From Blastocystis sp. ATCC 50177/Nand II (taxonomy: Eukaryota): 64,000 bases of DNA. Numbering within the stretch: the stretch's first letter is position 1; each line of letters begins with the position of its first letter. The notes under the pieces were generated by a model that ran no database searches, was not told the DNA's origin, and was given only the letters and a program-made list of their open reading frames with translations. The stretch lies in contig JBBPEE010000035.1 of assembly GCA_039096935.1 (NCBI GenBank), forward strand, positions 496,001 to 560,000, read 5' to 3'. Of the stretch, positions 50,630 through 62,229 are shown one piece after another. The position numbers and the translations under genes were made by a program.

Positions 50630-51140
50630 CTAAATGCCGTAAATGCCGATCTGGTGGAGCTTCTTCACCAGCAGCTCGTACTCCTCCCGGTTCTCGCGAA
50701 TGTTCGTCTCAAACCGCTGTATCCCTACCGTTGAGAGCAAAGAAGCACACATCTACGACTCTCGATCTCGCTCAGTGCGCTCTCCTTATCAATCTTCTGA
50801 AAAAACGCGCCGCCGCAGATGTACACGCCCTTCTCGTCCTCCTGCCTCACACGCCGCAGAGCCGCTTCGTTCTTCGCCTTCTGCTCCGTCAGCACGTTAT
50901 ACTAAAGGGGAACCGCAACGCCCAACGCCCCACCAATTCGTCCAGTTCCTGCACGCGGTGCATGTCCATCTGCAGATCCACGTACGAATCGTTCATAATT
51001 CGCTCTGCCTTCCTGAACGAAGAAATGTCTGAGTCTTCCTCCTTTCCGTCCTATTCTATATGTAGTTAGACGCCTGCATTCACACAGCCCACGATTCGCT
51101 CCATACGCCCCATGTACTCAGAGATCAAGTATGGAGTCAT
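50630..51140 (-). CDS. Prefoldin beta-like protein (PDRG1-like); start uncertain
   Basis: Spliced: KNEAALRRV...VYICGGAFFQKIDKESALSEIESRIQRFE, a helix-hairpin-helix prefoldin pattern. Confidence 0.55.
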
Positions 51141-51331
51141 TGGGAGCTGCCACGCGGGGCGCTCACCTCCCTTCCTCCTTTCTAATCATCGTACAGGAAT
51201 CCATAGCGCAGGATGAACAAACGGAGCACCCAGCACCCCGCTCGCACTCTCCCTTACCCCAGTGAGTTCTACTATTACTCTCATCACAAACGTGTTTTAG
51301 GAAACAGCGGAATACCAAAGAATGGACATCC

Positions 51332-52772
51332 TCAAGAAGGCTCCGTCGCCTCTGCCGGCTTTTCCGCGCCCGCGTTCTCGGTCTGTGCAGGAGGCTCCTC
51401 GGCGTTCTCCTCCTCCTCGTCCTCCTCGTCGGGCAGATCGCCCAGGTCCTCATCCTCGAACACCGTCAGCGAGATCTTCACCTCCTCGTCGGGGTTGGCC
51501 GCGCCGCTGGCCTCCGCCTCCGCCGCCGCCTTCTCCGCGGCCTCGGCGATGTTCTCGCCGGGCTCCTCCTTGTTCTCCTCCTCGTTCTCGTCCACCACCT
51601 CGTACGCCTTCGTCTCGGCAGCCGCCTCGTCGTCCACGAACAGCGTGGGGTTGTAGATGAACAGCGCGCGGCCGCTGAGCAGACGCGCCTCCTTCGAGCT
51701 GACCTTCTTCTTCTCCAGCGCCTTCTCCGCCTCCTCCTTCTCCTTCTACGCATCAGCGCCAAATCACACGCCCACCTTCTTGCGGTTCAACCGGTCCTCC
51801 TTCCACTTGGCGAAGGTCTCGGGCGTCACCGGCGTCAGACCCGTGTGCGGCAGCTTCGCGCGCTACGCGTCAGCCCCGCAGCCCAGCCCCACCAGCGCCT
51901 CGATGTTCTCCAGCCGCATGAAGCTCTTGTCCTCCGCGCGCTCCTTCTCGCGCAGCGCCGCCTCCGCCTCGCGCTCCGCGCGGCTCTTGTACACGTAGCC
52001 CTCGGGCAGGGCGTGGCGGTACTTGCAGCTACACGTGACCTCGCCCGCGCGCCGCTACTCGGGGCCGTTGGGGCACTGCCAGAACCAGCCGTAGCACTCC
52101 TTCTCGATGGCGTCCAGGAAGTACTTGCAGACGATCTTCGTCTGCGGCTGCGGGCGCTTGCCCTCCTTCTGGCGCAGCACCTCCTCCAGCTTGTCGCGGT
52201 CCCAGTCGGCGTTGGTCTCCTGCGCCTTCGCGTCGCGGCTGTCCGTGTGGATGTCCTTCTTCGCGGCGCGGCGCGTGTTCAGCGTCAGGTCGTGGCTGTA
52301 CTTGCACTTCGCGCCCTTGTCGCAGCGGCCCGCCTTGAAGAAGGGGCACAGGACGGACTTGGGGTCCTCTCCGAAGGCGAGCTACGCATCACGCCCCAGA
52401 GACGCCCGCACCTTGGGAGCGGTGATGACGGCCTTGAACAGCTCGCTGAGCTCCTTCTCCTGCTCCTTCTTCGCATCGCGCATCTTTTTTGCCTAGACAT
52501 CAACCCTCAGCGGAGCCGCGCACTTCTCTTCTGCGAAGCTCCTCCGTCTTGTTATCCTAGCCCTGAGAGGAGCGGCAAACGGCCCACCTTTCCGGTATAC
52601 ACCTTCTTCACGTTCTGGACGTACTCCTGCACCTTTTTGCCTACGCACGTGAGAAGAGAAATCCAAATAACCCACTCTTGTTCTTGTTCTTCAGGCCAAA
52701 CGTTTTATCCTCGACGAACTTCTCCACCTTCTTCATTTCGCCCTTCGACATTTCCTTCCGCTTGGGGGGCAT
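51332..52772 (-). CDS. ZC3H15: CCCH zinc-finger protein ZC3H15/Tma46
   Basis: VEDKTFGLKNKNK, DPKSVLCPFFKAGRCDKGAKCKYSHD, IVCKYFLDAIE..YGWFWQCPNG, TPVTPETF and LSGRALF. Confidence 0.9.
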
Positions 52773-52877
52773 GGTATCACTGCTCGCTGCGATGAATGGA
52801 CCGATCGATTGGAGCGAAAGGGTGCACGGGCGTTTCGGGGCGTTTCGCTCGTGTCAAGAAATCTGCAACCGCTGGCC

Positions 52878-53629
52878 ATGAATGAGAAGTTTGCCATTTG
52901 CCGTGACATCCACCGCGAGTTCATGGCAAACCCTGACTACGGCACGACTATGCCATGGCGATGATGAATAGAGGCGTTTCACGCTCCGGTGAAGTGGAAG
53001 GAGATGGGGCTCTTCGACTATCCCACCGTCATCAAGCAGCCCATGGATCTCGGCACTATTGAGGTGTTTCTCCCTGTTCCTTGTCACGCTGTAGAGGAAA
53101 TTGAGTCGTGAGATGTACACCACGCCGGCAGAGTACATTTACGACATGCGTCTTGTGTACCGGAACTGCATGACCTACAACCTGGTGGATGTGCAGAGAC
53201 GCCCTGAGTGATAGGAGACGTCCCTTCTGTATGAGCAAGGCCGCAAGTTCATGACCGCCTTCGAGCAGCGCGTGAGAGACACGCACCTGTTTGGTATGTG
53301 TTGGTGTATGATATAAGACATAGATTTTGATTTCCACGTCTCTCCCCAGTTCTTCTCGGTGATGGTGACTAATCGCTAGGAAATCGGAGAAGCACATCGC
53401 GCAGTTCAAGACGGCCCTATCGAAGTGCAACTTCAAAGCGGTCGATGCGGTGTTTCGCGTGTTGTGCGAAGTGTGCCCGGAGTGTCTGGAGCAGGTGGCA
53501 TTCGCGCGAGGGAGTGATGAGGCGTAGAAGGACGATAGGACACTGAGTGTCGACCTGGATGTCATGGACGCGGAGACTCTCGACTATCTACTCGAGTTCC
53601 TGATTTCGGTGCAAGAAGATTCCCTGTAA
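52878..53629 (+). CDS. Small bromodomain protein with an ET-like C-terminus
   Basis: AFHAPVKWKEMGLFDYPTVIKQPMDLGTI..DMRLVYRNCMTYN and VDLDVMDAETL. First intron is GC-AG. Confidence 0.85.
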
Positions 53630-53834
53630 TATGTGTTCGCTACGCCTGTTTGTTGGTGATGCGTCTCCGTTACCCCTGCCATTCTTCCTACAGTTTCCTC
53701 CTCATGTCACGTTCCGACAGTGCGAGTATGACAACAAACAGAATACAGTAATCGGTGGGGAGTTTCGAGAATGTTCTTTTCTGTGGTTCCCTTTTTCACG
53801 AATCATTCATATTTTTGTGACTGAATTCTGTGAA

Positions 53835-56467
53835 ATGTCTGTTCTTGGAATTGACTTTGGAAGTGATGCATGCGTGATCGGCCAGGCTGGCGGAATGGGA
53901 GCCGGCGTGGGCCGCGGAGGTATTGATATTGTCCTGAACGACAATTCGAAGAGAAGGACACCGTGGACTGTTTGGGGAGTGCATAACTGTGTAGATCGAT
54001 TGTGTCCTTCCAAGGTGAAGAGCGTTTCATTGGCGAGCACGCGGAAACGATGGTAAGGCGTAGGGAGTGGGAATGACAGTTGTAGCTGCGCTCGAACGCG
54101 AAGAACACTCCGTACATGATGAAGAGTCTCCTGGGAAAGAACTTCAGCGACCCCGAGGTCCAGGAGGAGATGAAGAAGCTTCCCTTTAAGATGGTGCAGA
54201 TGGAGGGCGACCACATCGGCATCCAGGTGAACTACAACGGCGAGGACCGCGTGTTCACCCCCGAGCACATCACCGCCATCCTGCTAAACCACTGCAACGA
54301 GCTGGCGCAGAAGGCGAACAAGACCTCGGGCAAGGCGGACGTGGTGATCTCCGTGCCCCCGTTCTGGAACGACGCGCAGCGCCGCGCCATGTACCAGGCG
54401 TCTCAAATTGCTGGCGTGAAGTGTCTGCGCCTGATCAACGAGAACGTCGCGGCGGCGGTGGACTACGGCATTTTCCGCAACATGAAGGGCGAGTTCAGCG
54501 ACAAACCCTTCTACGTGCTGTTCGTGGACATGGGCTACACCGCGACGCACGCCTCGGTGGCCTGCTTCACGACGGTGAGTGCGCGGCGTGTGGGTGACGC
54601 GTAGAACAAGGTGAAGATGCTGGCCTGCGCCTACGACCGCCACCTGGGCTCGCGCTGCTGCGACGAGGTGATCGCGGACTACATCGCGAAGGGATTCATC
54701 GCGAAGTACAAGATGGACCCGCGCAGCAACCCGCGCTCCATGGCGAAGCTGCTGGCGGCGGCGGAGAAGACGAAGAAGACGCTGTCGCCGGCGGGCGTGG
54801 ACAAGACGCCGATCTACGTCGAGTGCCTGCACGAGGACCGCGACTTCCAGACGGAGCTGAAGCTGAAGGACTTCCAGGAGCTCTGCGCGCAGCAGCAGCT
54901 GCCGGAGCGTCTGCAGGCAGTGGCCTTGGCGGCGCTGCAGCAGGCGGGTCTGACGGCGAAGGATCTGAACGCGTGCGAGATCATCGGCGGAGGCATGCGC
55001 GTGCCGCAGATGAAGAAGGCACTGGCGACGGTGCTGGGCTTCGACCTGAGCGCGCTGAACGTAGGTGCGGTGCGGGTGGGTGACGCGTAGCACGGTCTGT
55101 CGACCACGCTGAACATGGACGAGACGGTGGCTCGCGGCTGCGCGCTGCAGTGCGCCATCCTGTCGCCGCGCATGCGCGTGAAGGCGTACGACATCGTGGA
55201 CGTGGTGCCCTACGCGATCCGCTGCGTGCGCAGCGACAACGGCAAGGAAGAGTCGTACGACCTGTTCAAGAAGGGTGACGAGTTCCCGTCTTACCGCCGC
55301 ATCACCTTCCACACCAAGGAGCCCATCCACCTGCGGCTGGAGTACACGGAGGAGGCGCTGCAGCAGCTGATGCCCGGCACGCACCCCGTGGTGGCGACGA
55401 CGGTGGTGGACGTGACGGACGCCGTGAAGAAGGCGGAGAACCCCGCCATCCTGATCAACTTCTGCTACGACGCGCACGGCCTGTGCTACCTGTACAACGC
55501 CATGTCGAAGATCCAGCTGCCGCCCGAGGAGAAGAAGGAGGAGCCGAAGGCGGAGGAGCCGAAGGCTGAAGAGAAGAAGGAGGAGATGGAGGTGGAGGGC
55601 GAGGAGAAGAAGGAGGAACCCAAGCCTGAGGCGAAGCCGGAAGAGAAGAAGGAGGAGAAGAAGGAAGAGCCCAAGCCCAAGTTCCAGACGGAGGCGCTGC
55701 AGTGCGCGAGCTCGTTCAACGGGCTGACGAGCGAGCAGGTGAAGGTGGCGGACCAGCAGGAGAAGGAGATGCTGAAGAAGGACATGGAGATCCGCGCGCG
55801 CAACCACGCGAAGAACGAGCTGGAGAGCTACATCTACAACATGCGCGACAAGGTGACGGACGTGTACAAGGCGTACGTGCTGGACAACGTGCGCGACGCC
55901 TTCTTGGAGAAGCTGGAGAAGACGGAGAGCTGGCTGTACGACGACGAGGGCTACTACGCCAAGCGCGAAGCCTTCGAGAGCCGCCTGACGGAGCTTCAGA
56001 CCATCGGCAACCCCATCGTGCTGCGCTACAAGGACAGCCAGGAGCGCCCCGAAGCGGTGTCGCAGCTGACGCAGCGCCTGGAGACGATCGAGCGCATCCT
56101 GAGCACGCCGAACGAGAAGTACGACCACATCACGGAGGAGGAGAAGAAGCCCGTGCGCGACCTGATCGCGGAGTCGCAGAGCTGGCTGCAGAAGATGCTG
56201 GTGGAGCAGAGCAACCTGGCGCTGACCCAGGACCCCGTGCTGCGCTGCGCGGACATCCTGGACCGCATGAAGAACGTGGACGCGCTGTACAAGAAGGTGA
56301 TCAGCAAGCCCAAGCCCGCGCCGAAGAAGGAGGAGAAGAAGCCCGAGGAGAAGAAGGAAGAGAAGAAGGACAGCGCCTCGGACAACGAGGAGAAGATGGA
56401 GGAGGAGAAGCCTGAGGAAAAGAAGGAGGAGAAATCCGAGGAGAAGGAGAAGATGGATGTGGAATAA
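53835..56467 (+). CDS. Hsp110 (HSPA4/Sse1 family)
   Basis: MSVLGIDFG, GIDIVLNDNSKRRTP, TTLNMDETVARGCALQCAILSP, acidic loop, KNELESYIY..R and terminal MDVE. Confidence 0.93.
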
Positions 56468-56527
56468 AGAGTTCATTGTTTATATATGCTAGTTGAAGTG
56501 TGTGTTCAACAAGCGCGACCTACACCA

Positions 56528-56922
56528 CTAGTTTGCTGAAGAGCGCTTCAATTTCTCCTCCTCGATATCTTCCCGAATGGACTTCACCACTACGACTGAG
56601 AGCGGACGGAGGGGAAAACGCTGATCCGTGGGCAAGTCGCTCGCCATCTTGGAGATGTACCACTGGACGAGCTGATCCACTTTCCGGAGATCGCTGTGCT
56701 GTGTCGTGAAGTACTCGATGTGCTATGGATCAGGAAAACGGCGAAAGGAAACAATGTCGTTGTCAGTGCAGCTCACGCTAATGCCCTTCTTGTGCTCTGC
56801 GTATTGTACATTGTAGCGGAACTAGGAGTGACAGCGCCCCGTCACGGCCCAACTAGTTCGGGATTGTGCAGGAATAACTCCATGGCGTTCACCTTGAACT
56901 CAACCCAGTTGCTGTACTTCAT
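56528..56922 (-). CDS. SRP9: Signal recognition particle 9 kDa subunit
   Basis: Spliced: MKYSNWVEFKVNAMELFLHNPELFRYNVQY...SCTDNDIHIEYFTTQHSDLRKVDQL, matching the SRP9 pattern WEEF..A..L...P...R..KY...VTD. Confidence 0.75.
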
Positions 56923-56972
56923 ATTTCGTGCGGCAGGAGACTCAGCGAAGAAGCAGATTGCGTCAATTCAGG

Positions 56973-59490
56973 ATGAGAATGGATTCCAAAAGAAGGCACT
57001 TCTTTGGGTCCGGCAAAAGACTCGATTTTTGGAGTCTTGTTAGCCCCTTTCCAAACAGTCGTCATAGACGAAGGTAGATGCAGCATCCTGAGATGTACCG
57101 ATGCGGGGGCTTGTTTTACGCATTAGAGGGCCCAAGGAGGCCTGCCTATCTCACAGGCTCTCACTACTCGATGTTTTCTGCCAAATCGACGTAGTGGACG
57201 AAATCCAATCTGAGGATACTCTCGTCGTCGAGCTATTTGATAACATTCACACAATAGCCGCCCTGTTTGAGTGCGGACGCGTACTCGCCCTGACACGTAG
57301 AATAATCAAACTGAACGTGAGCGAGCATAAGGGGAAGCGGATGTTCTTTCCCCAACTATGTGCTGATGTCTTTTCTTGCCTTCCGGATCGTTTTATCGAG
57401 GATATTTGCTCGAATGACTATCTGATGGATTCTTTTTTCTCGATACCGACCAACGGTATGGATTCCAAGTGGGCTGTGGCGCGATGTCTGGACGCGTAGG
57501 GTAGCGAGTTGCTTTTGCCAAATTATTGAGCGCCTTGTTTCATCCACTCCCGATTTTCTCTTTATATACCTACAGACTCACGCAGCTCTTGTTATCAGAT
57601 TGCTGCTTAGTAGGATTGCGCTGTCTAGTTATTTAAGTTCATTACGTTATCTTCTCGATATTCCTGTTTATAGTACGGTCGTCCGCACGTTCTGACGTGA
57701 TAGGTGATGTGTGCTGGTGGGGAGACTCGAAGTCCTTTACAGAGAGTATTCTCTGCCAACTGGAAGACGCAGAGTCTTCTTTCAACATCAAGGAGCTGCT
57801 TCTCTCCATCATCCAGCGGGCCACCGTCTTCAAGTGCCCTCGCACTCCCCGCCTCACGTCTAGCGAGAAGGACTCCTTGCCATCCTCCTACTGGCTGCTC
57901 AAAGAGCTGACGACCGACGCAAGCATCGCACATTTGTTTGCCATGCTGCAGACCCAGCTGAACCTGCTGGTGGCGGAGTACCAGGCGCAGCTCGACGCCT
58001 CGCAATCCACAGACTGTGCCTCCACACTCTTCATTTCATGCGCAGATTTGGGCTATCTTGCGAGGCAGGTGCAGAGCAGCGCGGAGATCGCCAACAACAT
58101 CTTCCTCGTCCTGTCGCGGCTCTTCCAACGTCACAACCAGGGCTGTTGCTTCCGTCATTTTCTGTAACGCGCAGACACCACCGGTCGCGGCGGCTACAAT
58201 GCCTGCTTCAACGCCACGCCCGTCGCGTTCAACGACTTGGCGCGCATGGGCGGCGTGCGCAGCGTCGAGTGGATGCAGCGAGTGGTTCGCCAGTGCCGCG
58301 CGCACCTCTGTGCCGTCTTCAACACCGTGCAGCGTGTCGTGATCGTCGCCGTCGCCTCGCCTTGTTACGCGTAGCTCCACGTGCAGACCACGCAGCGGCA
58401 GAAGACTGCCGCCAATCCGTCTGGCAAGGCGGGTGTTGCCGCCAGTCCGTCCAGTAAAACTATTGCCGCCAATCCGTCCAGTAAAACTATTGCCGCCAAT
58501 CCGTCCAGTAAAACTATTGCCGCCAATCCGTCTGGTAAGGCGGGTGTTGCCACCAATCCATCCAGTACAACTATTGCCGCCAATCCGTTTGGTAAGGCGG
58601 CTACCGCCTATTCGACTACTATAGTCAGTAGTGCTGGCAAGACTGGTAACTCCGAGACGTGGGAGCGTCGCATTCCGAGCAGCGTGCTGCGGATGGCGCC
58701 AAAGCCCGTGATCGGCTTCTGCGAGTTTTTCTACCACTTCGCTCGCTACGAGAACAGTCCGGAGTCGCTGCTGCACCTGCTCAAACACGTGCGTGTGTGC
58801 CGCCTACTTCACTCGCAGCATTACATCGATTCAGTTCTCTGGATCATGGAGACATTCCCCTCCGTGACGCTAATCCACGTCAACGTCGTCGACATCCTCA
58901 TCACTCTTCTCTACTCCCGCTCCACGCGCGTCTGGCGAGGTGCCCGCGCCCGCCTCTCCTCACCTCTAGCCCTCTTCAAGCAGACCTGGCTTCTGGAGAT
59001 CATCTATCAGGCTGTCACCACCGTCGCTTCTGTTCCCCTCCGTCACGCGTAGCCCGCGCTTTCGCCGCTGAAGGCGCAGCTGATGATCTTCCTCCAGGCC
59101 CTCGCCACCTGCCTCCAGCGCTCCGCCGTGGGCGCTCACCGCGCCTCGATGCCCCTGCGGCCAAGGCCGAGTCATTCGCTCGCCGTCGCGCCGGTGGTGG
59201 ACGCGTCGAGTGCGGAGGAGGCGAGCGAGGAGTCGGGCGGGTCCGTGCCGGAGCCGTGCCTGACTCGAGCGGAGTCGTTGCTGCAGATCCTCGAGTCCTG
59301 TGACTACTTCATGAAGATTGTTTCCGTCGTTGATGTATTCCACATCTACGAGCCGCTTGTGATGCTCTCTGTGGGTGCGGGGCGCGGCTGTGAGGTCTAG
59401 AACGAGCGCAAGCCGACATTTGTGTCCACCAACGGGATTGGGGAGCAGAGCCTTGGCTACGCGCCAACTGCTTTCCGCATCCCGACGTAA
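56973..59490 (+). CDS. SAPS-domain (SIT4/PP6 regulatory subunit)-like protein
   Basis: LSLLDVF..DVVDEIQ, FPQLCADVFSC...DYLMDSFFS and VASCFCQII. Multi-exon, start approximate. Confidence 0.6.
58406..58595 (+). repeat. Coding minisatellite, 27-bp unit (AANPSSKTI)
   Basis: About 7 copies of attgccgccaatccgtccagtaaaact and variants. Confidence 0.85.
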
Positions 59491-59573
59491 TCTTGTCTCA
59501 GTGCTCTCTCCACTCATGAGGAGCATTGCATCTATTCTGTGTGCCGTGCGCCTTCTTTGTTCCAACCAACAAG

Positions 59574-62140
59574 TCAGTGTCTCGTTCGCTCCTGAAAGCC
59601 CAGTCCACCGCGGTTGGAGCTCGCCACCTCCACCACACTGGCGTCCTCCTTCCGCAGCCAGCCCTCCTTCTTCAGCAGCATCTCGCCAATCGATGGAGTT
59701 GTCGCAGGCATAGGTGGCATTGCTGGAGGCATGGGTGCAGCAGGTGGCATAGGTGCCGCAGGTGCCGCAGGAGGCATAGGCGGTGCGGGCGGCATGGGCG
59801 GAGCGCCAGGGTGTCCGGGAATGGTGATGGAGGGAAGGGAGAAGCCGGGCACGGGCCAGGACTGCGCGTTGGAGGGCGCGGGGCGATGCGGCGAGACGAA
59901 GGCGGTGGACCCGAAGGCGCGGCGTCGTTCCTCGGCGCGGTTGCGGTAGCCCTCCAGATTGCCGTGGTACTTGCGCCACTGTCGCAGCATCATCTACGGT
60001 GAAGCGGTGCGGGCGTACTCACCTGGTGGTACTTGGACTCCTGCAGGTGGCGCTGCAGCTGCGCCTCGTCGCGGAAGCGGCGGCGGCAGATCTAGAGTGA
60101 AGAGGAGGAGGAGACCACACGTAGCAGGCGGGGCAGTTGTGGTGGCGGCTCACGCCCGTGATGCACTCGATCTAGGGGTCAGCGGCCTTCCGAGACCCTG
60201 CCTCTGCTAGCGTGGGAACCTGAACGGCTCGGGCCTTCGTCTTTGTTTCAGCGGGTTGCCTGGTGCTTGCAGGGTGTGTGTGTGACTTCTCAGAATGTGA
60301 CTTCTCGGATTGTATCTTCTCAGATTGTGCCTTCTCAGACCGTGGCACAGGCTCCGAAGGCGGAGGAGGAGCAGGAGGCGGCGGGTTGTTGTTGACACGC
60401 GCGGCGAGCCCCGGATCCAGCTTGATGGCGAACAGCGACTTGACAGGCTTGGGCGGCGGCGGCAGCGACGGACACACCGGCGTGGCGATCAGCGGATTGG
60501 AGACGGGCGTGGGGATTAACGGCTGCGAGGGGATGCCCCCATCTTTCGCGACCTCGCTCTCCTCAACAAGTGGGGGCGGTTGGGGCGTGTAGGGAATGAG
60601 CTGATGGTTGCTGAGGAAGTAGTACTTGAAGGTCACGCTGTCCAGATACTGCGAATCACACCACACACCTACGCCCACCATGTCACGGGATTGGCAGTAA
60701 TAGAAGCGTGAAGCCGACTCGAAAAAGAGGCCGGAGCGGGCATCGAACACATAGCTACGCGTCAGCCCGCGCGAGTGTCGCCACTTGGTCACGTGCGTCT
60801 TGTAGTTGGAGGGAAAAGGACGACCGTCGCTCATCGTGAACCCGTCCGTCACCGTCGGCAACACCATAGGTGGCACCATAGGTGGCACCATTGGCGTTGC
60901 CATTGGCGTTGCCATCGAAGGATAGTTCATGACGGCGGGGTAGTTGCTGCCGTAGAGCGCCGAGGGCGGAAGAGTGGCGGGAAGAGTTGGCGGGAAAAAC
61001 GGCGTGGAGGTGGAGACGGAGTTGTGCGCCTCTCGCACGCACTGGGGGTTGGCGTAGCCGATGCGCACCTGGATGCCGCGCACGACAATGTTGTTCGCGA
61101 AGGAGAGCGTGTGAATGGCCGATTCCACGCGGTCGAACTCGACGACACCGTAGCCGCGGGAAAGGAAACTGTAGCTGTCGTGGAAGATGTAGGCACGCTT
61201 GGCCGGAGCGTACATGGAGAAGGCGGCGATGATCTACCCTCATGAGAGGTAACTCAACGCTACATCGGCTTCGGAAGCGGACATGCACAATCCACGGATT
61301 AGCACGGCCGGCGAGGGAGTTTGGGAGAATTCAAAGAGAGCGCGGTCCGGGTCGATGCAATTCTCCGTGCGTGGCGCATGACACTGGATACACTTGATGC
61401 GCTTCCCGGAGTTGAGCGTGTGGCACTAAGCATGAGGATTAAGGGAAATGGCCACTTGCTCGCACACCCAGTCGGATTTCTTGTCGTAACGCAACTCTCC
61501 AGCAGTGGTGGTGTACTCAAGCAGACAGCGCTGCCCGCAGAGGACAAGCGGATGATCGTGACCCAATCCCGAACTCGCCGCTAGGGATAACGCAACACGC
61601 GCACGGGTGAACGATATTTCGTTAGTATGTTCGTTGCGTCCACAATGGAGGGGAATGTGAGGAAGGCGAATCCGCGCGGCCTCTTTGTGTCCTACAGTGA
61701 AGCGACAGCAACGGAATCACTTTGTCGGTGATGATTCGCACCCCCTTCAAGCGGTCATTCATCATCTCCTCCCACAACTACAGTCAACACGGTATAGAGA
61801 CACTTACCATTGCTTCAGTCACTTCCAGTGCCAAGTTCTTCACACAAACCCCGTTGGACGGAGTTCCCAGATAGCTGGGAGGAGAAGGGTCTTTATCTAT
61901 TTTTGAATGATCACATAACACAAAACGTTTGGAAGTGATATCGGAATGTGCATTTGAATCGCCGTAGGGGAACTTGCCTGATTCCTGCTGGCTTTGCGCA
62001 TTATTTTGCTGGCGCATGAACTCATCCTTCCTACAAGTGAAATCACAATTCAAATCCAACGAGTAGCCTGGGATGGCGGCGGGCGGGGGATTCCCGATCC
62101 GTGCGTATCGATTCGAGTACCGATCGGTATAATCCTGCAT
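59574..62140 (-). CDS. RBM5/RBM10-like splicing factor (RRMs, OCRE, C2H2 zinc finger, G-patch)
   Basis: SRGYGVVEF, OCRE YVFDARSGLFF..FYY, CYICRRRF..QLQRH..SKYH, YRNRAEERR and IGEMLLKKEGW...GLGF. Confidence 0.82.
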
Positions 62141-62229
62141 CCTGCGACAGTCGACGTGGATGGGATTTGTTGGTTTGTTGGAAATGACTGGTTTGCCACT
62201 ATTCAATTTGTGAAATCGTTCTTCGTTTC

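Noticed and set aside
58406..58595. CRISPR-like array
   Set aside because: Contiguous in-frame repeats with no unique spacers, in a eukaryotic gene.
11307..62140. Functional cluster of RNA-processing genes (AQR, SR140, LSM5, PRORP, RBM5-like)
   Set aside because: Interspersed with unrelated genes; plausible by chance in a gene-dense genome.
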